This document shows, in pieces, positions 38,535-51,825 of a stretch of DNA of 64,000 nucleotides. Each line of letters opens with the position of its first letter. Position 1 is the first letter of the stretch. This DNA comes from Octopus vulgaris. Its lineage: Eukaryota. The stretch covers positions 106,516,001-106,580,000 of the forward strand of contig OX597819.1 of the NCBI GenBank assembly GCA_951406725.2, given 5' to 3'. Below the pieces are notes generated by a model. That model was not told the origin of the DNA, did not search any database, and was given only the letters and a program-made list of their open reading frames with translations. The translations under genes were made by a program, and so were the position numbers.

Positions 38535-38691
38535 CGAGGGACTCCTTTCAGTTTCCGTCTACCAAATCTACTCACAAGGTTTTGGTCTGCCCGAGTCTAT
38601 AGTAGAAGGCACTTGCCGAAGGTGCCACGCAGTGGGAGTGAATCCGGAATCATGTGGTTGGTAAGCAAGCTACTTACCACCCAGCCACTCC
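38240..38691 (-). mobile_element. SINE family A
   Basis: Full body with expanded internal (CA)n(TA)n. Confidence 0.9.
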
Positions 38692-38886
38692 GTTCTTGAT
38701 TTCTATAAATTAATGCTTTTATAACCTATTTTGATCGTTTTCGATTTAAGGCTAATTTCACATTTGATAACTTGATATTCCCCTTTCTTGTTTGGACTTT
38801 TAACAACTAACGGTATTGATTTGAGGTCACCGCCATCTGGCATGAAGTCACTTCTAGTAACACACACAGACACACTTACATACACA

Positions 38887-38889
<3 letters not shown>

Positions 38890-38979
<90 letters not shown>

Positions 38980-38985
38980 GTATAT
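38890..38985. repeat. (TA)n(GATA)n microsatellite
   Basis: Direct. Confidence 0.95.
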
Positions 38986-39460
38986 AATAATAAAAATGTG
39001 TGTGTCTGTGTATCTGCCTATAGGAAGAAAAACTATTCTTGTGTAAACCTTCACACCGAAGACAATGAAAACGGTACCGAATCTCTAGCGGCCCTCCGAA
39101 GGGAACTACTGACACTCTTCCAAACATTTACAAAACCACACTTCAAAAATAAACGAAGGTTCTAAAGGATATATAATTTTTTATAGGATTAAAATATGCC
39201 ACTTCCAAATTAACAATAAATAAATGAAAGGTCTAAGGGTATTAAATTTTAGAGGATTTAGAAATTAAAAATAAATGACCAGTCTAGGGAACATAATTGT
39301 TATAGGATTATTATATTTCTTCATTTTATTTCAAAATACGGTGGGGCAGTCTTCTGTAGTTATGCCATATGTAGTTAAACCGACAAATAATAACACGTGT
39401 GTATGTGTGTGGGATGTATAACTGTAATAAGCTGCATTACTTCATATTCCTATGTGGAAC

Positions 39461-39828
39461 ATGTGGAAGCACTCCGTCGGTTACGACGACGAGGGTTCCG
39501 GTTGATCCGATCAACGGAACAGCCTGCTCGTGAAGTTAACGTGTAAGTGGCTGAGCACTCCACAGACACGTGTACCCTTAACATAGTTCTCGGATATTCA
39601 GCGTGACACAGAGAGTGACAAGGCCGGCCCTTTGAAATACAGGTACAACAGAAACAGGAAGTAAGAGTGAGAGAAAGTTGTGGTGAAAGAGTACAGCAGG
39701 GATCACCACCATCCCCTGCCGGAGCCTCGTGGAGCTTTTAGGTGTTTTCGCTCAATAAACACTCGCAGCGCCCGGTCTGGGAATCGAAACCGCGATCCTA
39801 CGACCGCGAATCCGCTGCCCTAACCACT
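39461..39828 (-). mobile_element. SINE family B, slightly 5'-truncated
   Basis: Matches 2868-3243; tail TGCTTCCACATGTTCCACA on the minus strand. Confidence 0.88.
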
Positions 39829-40047
39829 TACTTCCTATAAGTAATACTTAAATAACTATTATTTTACATTCGTTATATATTTATATCTGTAGAAGATCAG
39901 TTTTTCTTTTTTGTGCTGCCTACCTTTATAATAGAAACCGTAGACGGTTACTTTTGCTTTATTCCCTGCCTACAGTCAGAATAGAAACCGTAACTTAGAT
40001 TTCATTCCAACATTTTTGCTTTGTTTCACAAATTGCACATCAGAATT

Positions 40048-40048
<1 letters not shown>

Positions 40049-40101
<53 letters not shown>

Positions 40102-42945
40102 TGTGTACAGTGCTCAGGTGCACTACAACTCATCTAAAGTGTATATATAATCAGGTGTAGTTTCGGCGGATTTCGGAAAGCATGAGGGCCTTAAACGATG
40201 CAGTGTCATTGCAGTCAACAACTGACGCAGGCAGTTTGTTCCATGCTTCAGCAACTCTGAGCGTGAAAAAATGTTTCCGAAAGTCATGGGAGCTGTGTTG
40301 TTTTCTGACTTTGTAGGCATGTCCACGTGTGTTAGACACATGGCGATCAAAAAGGTGTTCAGTGTTGTTGTTGGTGAGGTGGTTGATAACTTTGTCGGTG
40401 TTTACCAAGTCCGTCGCCAGACGCTAGAGCTTCAGTGAATCCATGCCCAGTGAAACAAGGCGCTCAGAATATGGTAGGTGTCTGATGGAGGGTATGCGTT
40501 TGGTTGCACGTCTCTGGACAGATTCCAGGAGGTCAATGTTCTGAGCAAGATAGGGGTTCCAAACTGATGATGCGAATTCCAAGTGTGGTCGTACCATAGC
40601 TGTATACAGTTTTAAATAGATGGCTGGAGAGCGGCTAACAAAAGTCTTGTTGAGTGATGCCAAGGCACCCTCGGCCTCCTTGACAATTTTAGAGATATGC
40701 TTTGTCCAGCGCAAATCACTGCTGACAGTGATGCCTAGGTCACGCTCGCAAGAGGATTTCTTGATATCAGTGTTGTGGAGGGAGTATGTGGACGCAGGGT
40801 TTTTTCTCCCAAAATGCATGGTGGTACACTTGTCCACAGCCAGTTTCAGTTGCCAGTCTGTGATCCATTGCTGCATTGTGTCTAGGTCTGATTGCAGGAA
40901 AGAGTTGTAGACATCAGGATCTGTCCTCTTGATTTCAAGGTACAGCTTGATGTCGTCTGCATATTTCAATACTGTGGCATTCTTTAAATTGGCATCTATG
41001 TCATTAATGTATGCCACAAACAAGAGGGGACCAAGGAAAGATCCCTATGGTACACCCGATGACATCTCATATGGTGTAGAATGCCGTCCTAGAACTGTGA
41101 CTGCCTCCTTTCGGCTGAGTATGAAGGATTTCAACCAGTTAAAAAGGTCATCCCTCACACCCATTGCAGAGAGTTTCACCATAAGCCTTTTGTGTGGCAC
41201 AGAGTTGAAAGCCTTAGCAAAGTCAAGGTACACAACATCCACCCATGAGCCACTGTCAGTGATCTGAGTAATGTCCTCAAGGAACTCGACAAGCAGATCA
41301 CTGCAGCTGGAGTTAGGGACAAATCCATATTGTGAGGGTCGGATGAGACTGTGAGAGCTCCAGAAGTTCCAGAGTGTTTCTCTGACACACGATTCCATCA
41401 GTTTTGCAATACAGCTAGTGAGACTGACTGGGCGATAGTTGACAGGTGAGGTGCGGTCGCCCTTTTTGAACAGAGGAATGACACTGGCAGTTTTCCACTG
41501 CTCCGGAATAGCACCATTGTTGAGACAGTACTGGAAGAAAATAGAAAGCTGGTGTAAAAGGAAGTACCTGTCACGTTTGAGAAGCGGGTATGTAACTCCA
41601 TCGAGACCAGGGGAGGCATAGTTGCGCTTATTTTGAAGGTGACGTCGCAGCATTGCAGGTGTAAATTCCATAGTTGTTATGGAATTTGCTGTTAGTGATA
41701 GTGAAGATGGTACATTTTGACTTTCAACAGTGAATATGTTTGCATAGCACTCGGCAATGAGTTCTGCGCATTCCTTGGGGTCGTCAGTGATCTGGTTTGT
41801 GTGAGGGTTGCGAAGAGGGCCCACTGGAGAGTGAGGTCTCTGCTTTGAATGCACATATTTCCAGAAAACCTTGCTGTCAGGATTGGCTGCTATGCACTGT
41901 TCAAATTCAAGCACTGCTTTTTTTGTCACTTGCTTGAGATGGTTGGAAGATTTATTCTGCTTCTTCCTGTTGGTGTCTGATTTATGCAACTTGTATTCCC
42001 GTTCAGCAGTCCGACGTTCCTTCCTGGCAAGTCGGACCGCTGAAGTTTCCCAAATTGCCCTTTTGGGGCGGTTCTTCTTTTTCTGTTTACGTGACACTGA
42101 TGCTGCACATGCTGCCCATATTGAGTCCAGGATACTCTGGAGTATAGTATTCACATCTCCAGAGTTGTAGAATTCACGCCAGTTTGGGTGCTGTAGTTCA
42201 GTGTGGTACAGGTTCCAATCTGCTCTCTTCCAATCGAAGGAAGCAGATTGGAGATGGTTCAGGTTTTTGTTGCCTGCAAGAGCCAGATTGGCGATGATCA
42301 TAGCATCTAGGTGATCAGAGTCACCTAGAGGTTCCTCCGTAGTGCAATTGATAACCGCTTCAGGAGTTGTGGTGAAGAGCAGGTCCAAGGTGTTGTCGCC
42401 TCTTGTTGGAGAGGTGACAACTTGTGACCAGTTTGAGTCCAGTACAAGCTCAACAAAATCGTGTGCACTCTGTGGCCAGTGGAAGGTTTCCCAATTGATC
42501 TCAGGATGATTGAAATCGCCTGCAATAAAAACATAAGTGGCTGTTTTCCTGGCAGCAGCTCGGAGGATATTGCAAAGCTGTGTCCTGATGGTAATTGGGG
42601 GGACGATAAACAACGTCAAGCAGGAGTGTTGACATGGTCATACGTACGTCACAGAAAAAAAATTCTTCTTGTGATTCGTTCAAATTGGCACAAGGAATTA
42701 CCGAAAAATTTGAACGAACGTAGACCATCACACCACCACCACGGCGGTTAATGCGGTCCTTACGGAAGAGGTTGTACCCCGTAATGTTTAAAACCCCATC
42801 ACAGAGTAAGGAATGCGCCCATGTTTCCGTGACAGTGATGAAGTCAGGGTCAATACTTCTGACGTAGGCGTTGAACAAATGTATTTTGTTGCATAAACTG
42901 CGAGCATTTAAGGACAACATTGTGTACCCTGCTCGCAGTTTATGA
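40049..42945 (-). mobile_element. CR1-clade LINE, 5'-truncated (ORF2 + 3' UTR + (ATT)n tail)
   Basis: ORF2 nearly complete. Short 3' UTR with stem-loop TAGTGC-ACCTGA-GCACTG, then an (ATT)n tail at 40049-40101. Confidence 0.92.
40151..42920 (-). pseudogene. CR1 ORF2: APE endonuclease + reverse transcriptase, few disruptions
   Basis: APE: SLNARSLCNK, VTETW, RKDRINRRGGGV, VYRPP, AGDFNHPEINW, PTRGDNTLDLLFT, SDH. RT: SPGLDGV, NYRPVSLTS, YLDFAKAFNSVPH, SGVP*GS.LGPLLF, YADDIKL, ERDLGI, VRPHLEFASSVWNP, ESVQRRATK, TRGH, FFTLRVAEAWNKLP. Broken into ORFs of 139, 524, 199 and 85 aa. Confidence 0.93.
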
Positions 42946-43180
42946 TGGTGTGTAGAGGATGGCAGGTTGTTCTGAGGTCAGCTGTCATTTCCCTATCTCA
43001 CTTCAGCATATTTATACAATTTTTCATTTGAAAATACCCATTAACCTAAACATAGGAAGAATCAAGTTCGGTAGAGCCCTCTTTTGTAGTATGCCATATG
43101 TGTAATATAGCGACACACATAATAATATGTGTCATTGTGTGTGTGTGCGACCGCGCGCCCGTAACTGTAATTACCACTAT

Positions 43181-43412
43181 TACTCTCTTTTCTCTTTTAC
43201 TCTTTTACTTGTTTCAGTCATTTGACTGCGGCCATGCTGGAGCACCGCCTTTATTCGAGCAAATCGACCGCGGGACCTATTCTTTGTAAGCCCAGTACTT
43301 ATTATATCGGTCCCTTTTGCCGAACCGCTAGGTGACGGGGACGTAAACACACCAGCATCGGTTGTCAAACAATGCTAGGGGGACAAACACAGACACACAA
43401 ACATATACACAC

Positions 43413-43490
<78 letters not shown>

Positions 43491-43644
43491 GACAGGCTTC
43501 TTTCAGTTTCCGTCTACCAAATCCACTCACAAGGCATTGGTCGACCCAAGGCTATAGCAGAAGACACTTGCCCAAGGTGCCACGCAGTGGGACTGAACCC
43601 GGAACCATGTGGTTGGTAAACAAGCTACTTACCACACAGCCACT
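43181..43644 (-). mobile_element. SINE family A
   Basis: Full body with internal (TACA)n(TA)n. Confidence 0.9.
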
Positions 43645-44350
43645 ACTTTATATTGCTAAAAGAAAAAGAGGAGCTGACGTTTAGGGTCGTCTGAGTATAA
43701 AATTATTTGACTCGACAATCGGAAGAGTCACTATGAATGTTTCTTTTTGAGGTTGCTTCTTCATGAAATAAGAGGCCCAACTTGTTATCCTTCCAAACAA
43801 CGATTGCTAGTCAGACTGGTCGTACATATACAGAGGACTGTTTAGCCTTAATTTTATTAGAAGATGACAATTTATTAGGGGATAGAACAATGGCTGAGGC
43901 GTTAGTGTAAGGCATACTTATTTCTTTGAAAGATCAATTTGCAATTCTTCTCCAGAATTATGAAATCCATTAGCGTTATGACACAAATATAAGAATGATT
44001 TATCAGATGACTTAAATGAAGACTGAGATCCATTAGCATTATGTCACGAATATAAGAATGATTTATCTGATGCACTTAAAACAGGACCGTATTATCTCGC
44101 AGTTTATGTTGGTGTATCCAGAGGATGGCAGGTTGTTCTGAGGTCAGCTTTCATTTCCCTATCTCAAAACTTCAGCATATTTATAACAATTTTTACATTT
44201 GAAAATACCCAAATTAACCTAAACATAGGAAGAATCAAGTTCGGTAGAACCCTCTTGTAGTATGCCATATATGTAATATAGCGACACACATAATAATATG
44301 TGTCATTGTGTGTGTGTGCGACCGCGCGCCCGTAACTGTAATTACCACTA

Positions 44351-44583
44351 TTACTCTCTTTTCCTTTTCTCTTTTACTTGTTTCAGTCATTTGTACTAGA
44401 CGGCCAAACTTTCGATGTCTGCTTCATTCGAGCAAATCGACCGCGGGACCTATTCTTTGTAAGCCCAGTACTTATTATATCGGTCCCATTAGAACCCGCT
44501 AGGTGACGGGGACGTAAACACACCAGCATCGGTTGTCAAACAATGCTAGGGGGACAAACACAGACACACAAACATATACACAC

Positions 44584-44663
<80 letters not shown>

Positions 44664-44817
44664 GACAGGCTTCTTTCAGTTTCCGTCTACCAAATCCACT
44701 CACAAGGCATTGGTCGACCCAAGGCTATAGCAGAAGACACTTGCCCAAGGTGCCACGCAGTGGGACTGAACCCGGAACCATGTGGTTGGTAAACAAGCTA
44801 CTTACCACACAGCCACT
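44351..44817 (-). mobile_element. SINE family A (duplicate of 43181-43644, tail corrupted)
   Basis: Part of the tandem duplication. Confidence 0.85.
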
Positions 44818-45786
44818 ACTTTATATTGCTAAAAGAAAAAGAGGAGCTGACGTTTAGGGTCGTCTGAGTATAAAATTATTTGACTCGACAATCGGAAGAG
44901 TCACTATGAATGTTTCTTTTTGAGGTTGCTTCTTCATGAAATAAGAGGCCCAACTTGTTATCCTTCCAAACAACGATTGCTAGTCAGACTGGTCGTACAT
45001 ATACAGAGGACTGTTTAGCCTTAATTTTATTAGAAGATGACAATTTATTAGGGGATAGAACAATGGCTGAGGCGTTAGTGTAAGGCATACTTATTTCTTT
45101 GAAAGATCAATTTGCAATTCTTCTCCAGAATTATGAAATCCATTAGCGTTATGACACAAATATAAGAATGATTTATCAGATGACTTAAATGAAGACTGAG
45201 ATCCATTAGCATTATGTCACGAATATAAGAATGATTTATCTGATGCACTTAAAACAGGACCGATTATCATACGGTCAGTTATATGTTGGAGTATCCAGAA
45301 TGGGGAGCAAGAACAAGCTTTTCATTTTTGGCCCTACTGGTAAAACACGAAGCATTGTCTATAACGAAGTTTTTACCATAGAATCCACAAATTAAAATTT
45401 ACAGAATGATTAATAACTTTGATTGGATATTGTCAAAGTCACAGTATATTCATCTACGAAAATCTATTTGTATTTTTGTCTCTTCAAGAAATTAGAGTAC
45501 ATTTCTTTTAGTTTTCCCCGAACTTTTATTTACTAACCTTGTACTAGACGTAAGCCAAACTTTCGATGTCTGCTTCATTTATAGACTGAAATACTATAGA
45601 TCAAAGATCAGAAGTTTATATGAACCCATAATAGAATTGGCTAGAAGTGAACAGGTCTAACGCCTACAATGAGAGTTAACCGTTTCTTATATATGTTCAA
45701 TACAATCTAACTGAATAACTTTCAATACACATAGTAAAATTTTAGCAGCTTCTTTTTTCAGTCCAGTCGATGACGGTGTTTCTGCT

Positions 45787-45844
<58 letters not shown>

Positions 45845-45849
<5 letters not shown>

Positions 45850-46057
45850 CGGGAAGCTTTATGAAAATAGACAAAAGACGAAGGCAGGTGGAAAACAAAC
45901 AAACAATTGTATTAGTATGGCGCTCAGGAAATATAAATAAAACAAGTCTTTAACGTTTCGAGCCTACGCTCTTCAACAGAAAGATACACAGAGAGAAAAA
46001 AAACACAGAAAGAAGGAGAGAAAAAAAGTGCGTGCAGTAACTAACGAATCAACATGT
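45845..46057 (-). mobile_element. Short repeat with hammerhead-like core (probable Penelope-like terminal-repeat derivative)
   Basis: Minus strand TCTTT-CTGTTGA-A-GAGC-GTAG-GCTC-GAAAC-GTT-AAAGA, then TTTCCTGAGCG. Flanked by (TA)n on both sides. Confidence 0.55.
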
Positions 46058-46278
<221 letters not shown>

Positions 46279-46281
<3 letters not shown>

Positions 46282-47322
46282 TTAAATCCTTAAAAGTGTT
46301 TTAGCCCGAAGGCCGCGGCCATGCTGGGGCACCACCGCTGAATGAGCTACACTAATATGTGAATCCACCTCTGATACGTGGCACTCGATCAACAAGGGGG
46401 TTCGATGCTGCTGCTCGCATCTGCATCTCCTGTCGTGAGGTAGGTTCATCTGGGACTCCCGACAAGAAGAGATCCAGTTTAGTTTTAAAGAAACCCACAT
46501 CCACACCATGTAAGTCTCTTAGGCATTTAGGGAGGATGTTAAAGAGCTGTGGTCCTCTGAAACCCAAGCTGTTGCAGTATCTGGTCCTGTATTTTGATGG
46601 TGATGTTGAAATCTTTGGCACCATGCAGTGGCGCCCCGTTCTGCGGTTGGGGTAACTTTGAATGCCAAAGTTTGGGACAAGACCCTCCAGGATTTTCCAG
46701 ATGTATATCACCGCATATCGTTTCCGCCTCCGCTCTATGGAGAAGAGGTTTGATACTTTCAGTCTTTCCAGTAGCTGATATTTTGCATTGAGACGATCTT
46801 CTTTGTGTAGCTTCTCTGAATTGCTTCGAGTTCTGTTGTTAGTTTTATATTGTGTGGTGACCATAGTTAGGAGCAGTAGTCCAAGCGGCTGAGGACGAAT
46901 GTTTTCCAGAGGACCATCAGTGTCTCCTTCTCTCTTGTTCTGAAAGTTCGGAGAATCCACCCAGCTAGCCGTCTGCATTTTATCACCAGATTAGTAAAAT
47001 GCACTTGGAAAGATGCATCATTGCTCATGTCAATGCCTAGGCCACGCACTGATTTTGACTCAGGGATTGCAATTCTTCCTGGGCCAGTGTATCCAGTCTG
47101 CACGTCGTTTAACTTTGTGTGCCAGTAGCGCAGGGCCTGGAACTTACCTGCATTAAACTGCATGTTGTTGTCCTACGCCCATCTGTATATTTTATCCAAC
47201 TCCTGTTGCAGATGCGCAATATTTTCAGGGTTTTGTATTGTGTGGGAGACTTTTGTGTCATCTGCAAGGTTGGCCATCGTAGCAACTGAAGGCATGTCTG
47301 AAAGGGCCACTATGAACAGCAA
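46279..47322 (-). mobile_element. CR1-group LINE (second family), 3' portion with intact 3' end
   Basis: Motifs [105 protein letters not shown]. 3' UTR ends GGTGGTGCCCCAGCATGGCCGCGGCCTTCGGGCTAAAACAC then (TTTAAGGA)2. Confidence 0.88.
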
Positions 47323-47472
47323 TATCCAGTATACATACATACAAATATATATAAATTATATTCACTGCGATATTTATTCTGACCATATCACACGAGGAGT
47401 GCGGGCAATTTAAGCTGGCTGTGTGCATACGTACATAAAAATGTATGTATATGCGTTCGTATATCGTACGCT

Positions 47473-47603
<131 letters not shown>

Positions 47604-47849
47604 CTGAGTGCATTCCATTGATGAAGGCAGAGCATTTCTTATGCAGAGCCGTAAATCCAGGATCTGGAATTATCTAGTAATTTTTTTGCTAATTTATTTT
47701 GTCACTTTGTCTTCTCCCTTGGTGCTATATGAACATGTAATGTGGTTTTAGAGTCAAGTTTTGACTGCTATTTCCAGCGTGGAGGTATCTCTTAGATACC
47801 CTAAGTTATAATTATATATACATATATACAATGTTGTTTTCCCGTATTC

Positions 47850-48035
47850 TGCGGTATCTGTTTCTTCCCATCTCTGAATGGGATGCCGGTCCTCCGCAGG
47901 AGTATTTTTGTCAGCCGAAAAGACTGGATCAATGTGAAAGGAAGTGTTTTGCTCAAGAACACAACGCATCGCCCAGTCCAGGAATCGAAACCACAATCTT
48001 ATGATCACATGGGTAGTAATTTAACCACTGAATAA
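47850..48035 (-). mobile_element. tRNA-derived SINE family D (CORE/V-like body), degenerate
   Basis: Minus strand AGTGGTTA...GGTTTCGATTCC (A/B boxes), then TTGTGTTCTTGAGCAAAACACTT..TCACATTG.TCCAGTC, then CCTGCGGAGGACCGGCATCCCATTCAG. Confidence 0.65.
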
Positions 48036-48039
48036 CACT

Positions 48040-48850
48040 GACATTTCATTTTAACAGATATATTTACCAAAATTACATTAAAAAATTTTGAAATACTACA
48101 GAGTAAATTTATTCGATAAAATCACCATTGGCTTCAATCTCGGCCTCTAGACGACTTCGGAATCTTCTGCAACTCTTCTGGATGGTCTCCTTGTTTAAGT
48201 CAGTGAATGCTACCATAATCTGCCATCAGTTCACCTTTGGAGTTACAAACAGCTTTTTTGGTTTCTAGCTCAGCTGCGCCCCACGCATATTAATCAAGGG
48301 GTTTGTAGTCTGGGGAGTTAGGTAGCATGATGTTATGGCTGATGTGGTTGCAGAAATTGTCCGATAGCCTTGTCTGAGTTCTCCTGCGTGTGTGGTATGG
48401 TGCAGAGTCCTATTGGCAGATATCGGGTCTTCTGGCTTCTACCCTCTTGAGCCAGGTCAACAATACTTCCTCCACGCACTTGACGTAGGCCTCCGTGTTG
48501 AGTATAAGGCCGTGTGAGGAGATGAATGGATTTATAACATCACCATCACTAGTGATCACTCCAAACACCATAATGTTGACTGGATGTTTGATTTTTATCA
48601 CTCTCGCTACATGTTTTGGGGACTCAGGTGACACCCAACACTTTAAAATGTCCGTATTGGAGCTTCCGGCGCGGATTCCAAGCAGTATAGCATGTCGTTT
48701 CCGAATTTCCGATTGAGTGAATTGCGCCATGGTGTTATCCTTCTCACCGATGGTACACAACTGACCCTACTATATTGTGTAATTGACAAAATCAAAAACA
48801 AAACATGCACATGCACAAAATTAAAATGTAAAATGACGACAGTTTACCGA
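48040..48850 (-). mobile_element. maT (DD37D) Tc1/mariner element with internal deletion
   Basis: Minus strand: MAQFTQSEIRKRHAILLGIRAG joined to KHPVNIMVFGVITSDG..Q*DSAPYHTRRRTQ..LPNSPDYKPLD*YAWG..RFRSRLEAEIEANGDFIE*. There are 37 residues between the last two catalytic Asp. Confidence 0.82.
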
Positions 48851-49436
48851 TATGTTATTAGAACGCTTAATTTTGCTGCATTCCTCTTGAGAGCCCTACT
48901 CATATACATATACGGGGCTAAGAGCACAGACATATTTCCTTTGCGGATAGGATCTATCTGACATGGATGTGGAAACTTAAGATGAACCTATTCCAGTATT
49001 CTGTGCTTCCTCAATCACTTCTGATCATTCGCTGCATACCATTTAAGTCTCAACACTAACGATATAAATAATAACTGTGATTTTCAGTCACTGATGTGTA
49101 TATAGTCGGCAGACTTATTAAAATATATACACTAGAGACGGGAGAAAGATTAATTGCAAAAAGCAATCTTTATACTCCACTTAAGAAGTACGTATTATTA
49201 GCACGCCGAATTACGTGGTTCTGACATAAATACACGATATATATGACAGGTATATATCATGGCAGACGTCCGTTACTGACGAAGTGCAATAAGCTGAAAT
49301 CACGTAATTGTGAGTATTTCTGGTGCTTATGTCAGAGAGGTCTCGTCTGTCACGATTTATATCTGTTTTCGCAAGGCCAATATTCAGTGTTCGGTATTCT
49401 AATAATACTTGGACGTTAAGTGGGGTATAAAGCGTG

Positions 49437-49439
<3 letters not shown>

Positions 49440-49500
<61 letters not shown>
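49440..49500. repeat. (TA)n microsatellite
   Basis: Direct. Confidence 0.95.
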
Positions 49501-49502
<2 letters not shown>

Positions 49503-50437
49503 AAAATTCAGTAGAGTATTAAAATACCACTTGTTATAAACAGAGCTAATGCTCTAACCCTGCTAAGTTTTGTTTGTATTTTTATCTATAAAGGTATAAA
49601 TTTGCTAGTCACTTTATTATAAGCATTATTAATAATAATAACGTGCACACACCACTCATAGTCTCTTGTATTTTATGCAGAGTTGAACAAAAGCGTTCAT
49701 CATTTTCAAGGTTGAAAGCGTTTCAATGAAAAGCATATTGAGTGTTCCACTACAGAACCGGATAGTTAGTGGAAACGAAACGATAAAACCTTAGTTATAT
49801 TCAGAGGTTATTAACACTTGCCTAACTTCACTAAAGCTACATCAATAGCCTTTTTGAATTATGGTAATTCTAAGTTAGTATGATAAGTATGGCAAACTAT
49901 ATATATGCATAGTGACAATCATCTGCATTATATAAACATAGAATTTGCTAAAAATCGACCTGATTCTGCTTAAGCTGATGCGATGTAATCCAAAAGATTG
50001 ACAAAACTTATCTTCCGGCCTGAAGTTTTATACACACACAGACACGAAAACCCATATTCACAATTCTATATAAGTTAGCGATATATTTGACGTGATTACA
50101 TTCTTTTGTATAAGTTTTCGTAAATACAGATGTATGAAAAAGATAAGTTTTCAATTATTGAGATCTTTCAGTACAATGCGAAGTAAAATATTTTGAGATG
50201 TCCAGTATTAAGTGTAATATTTATCTATGATGGTCTACACATTTATAGACTCACAAACGTAGACACATATTACCAAATCTTGAACCTCGACTCTGTGTTC
50301 CACCCTTGGCTGTTCACAACTTAACGTTTGATATAACAAACATATTTACCCGAAGTACCAGATGGATTAAATGATAAATCGGATAACGTTTTGCACTAAG
50401 TAGTATATAGTTTTTATAATATTTACAGCTCTTACAT

Positions 50438-50910
<473 letters not shown>

Positions 50911-51825
50911 ATTATCAGTAAGGTAGATAAGGTTTTTCAACTGACTGAATTTCACTTAACTGCATAAATAAAAATGAAGTCTGTTATACCTGTGAAAAAT
51001 GATACAACAAAGAAGATATCACTTACATATCAATAAATTTTCATTCAGATATTGAACATCTGCAAAAACAAAGGTGTGAAAAGATATAAATGAATAAATG
51101 CAGCAGTTCAATAAATTTTTTTTTAGAACATTTCACGAAATATATTCTGTAGGAGAAAAAATTAATACTGGAAGTATTTGTGGTTTAGTGATGGTAATTC
51201 TTTATCCTGGTTACTCACAGGTTAGTATTCTATTGTACAATGTTTTGATTAAAATGAAGGATACAAGCAATAATATTTTTGCGTGTGCGTATAGGTGTAC
51301 GTTTGATGAAACTCTACACTATACTGTTCTCTCCCGCAATCTTTTTCTCACTCATCCTTTCTCTAATTCTTCTTTCTCCCCTTCAACGTTTTCTATCTGT
51401 CTCTCTCTACTCCTTTTTTTGTTTTACTCTCTTTCGTTGCTCACACGTGACAATCGTCCATCTTTCTTTTCCTCACGTGATCATCTTTCCTTTCTTTTCT
51501 TTCAGGGCTTTCTAACTCTCTCTCTCTCTCTCTCTCTTCCATCTTTTCTCGTGTCAAGGAAAATATTTCTCCAGCGTTCGCTATTTTACCCTCGTTCTGG
51601 TCAAACGACCCTCCATGTTCGTTTTCGTTTGGTTTCCGTGTACGACTCCACTGTCCTATTTCTGTGCCCAAATTTAACCCTCCATAAATTGCGAATTATA
51701 TTTTGGTATTTGTGGGAATAACTGCCTTCGAAGACTCATATTGTCGTCTAATGCTCGAAATGAGGAGTAGATACGCAGTACACAACTGATGAAGAGTCGT
51801 TCTTTATGTTACTTGTCCTGTTTTC

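Larger units (their letters stand above)
42932..45268. repeat. Tandem duplication, ~1.17-kb unit (42932-44095; 44096-45268)
   Basis: The later ~750 bp of both copies are essentially identical, including the SINE and flanking unique sequence. The first ~400 bp of copy 2 carry scattered differences (see findings). Confidence 0.92.

Noticed and set aside
41045-42619. 524-aa ORF as a functional host gene
   Set aside because: It is a fragment of a disrupted CR1 ORF2, ending at a stop within the RT domain.
51098-51721. 207-aa ORF
   Set aside because: Runs through pyrimidine-rich low-complexity repeat sequence (F/S/L-rich); no domain; TTG/ATG context unremarkable.
51784-51815. CTGATGAAGAG as another hammerhead
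   Set aside because: No downstream helix II or GAAA box at the proper distance.
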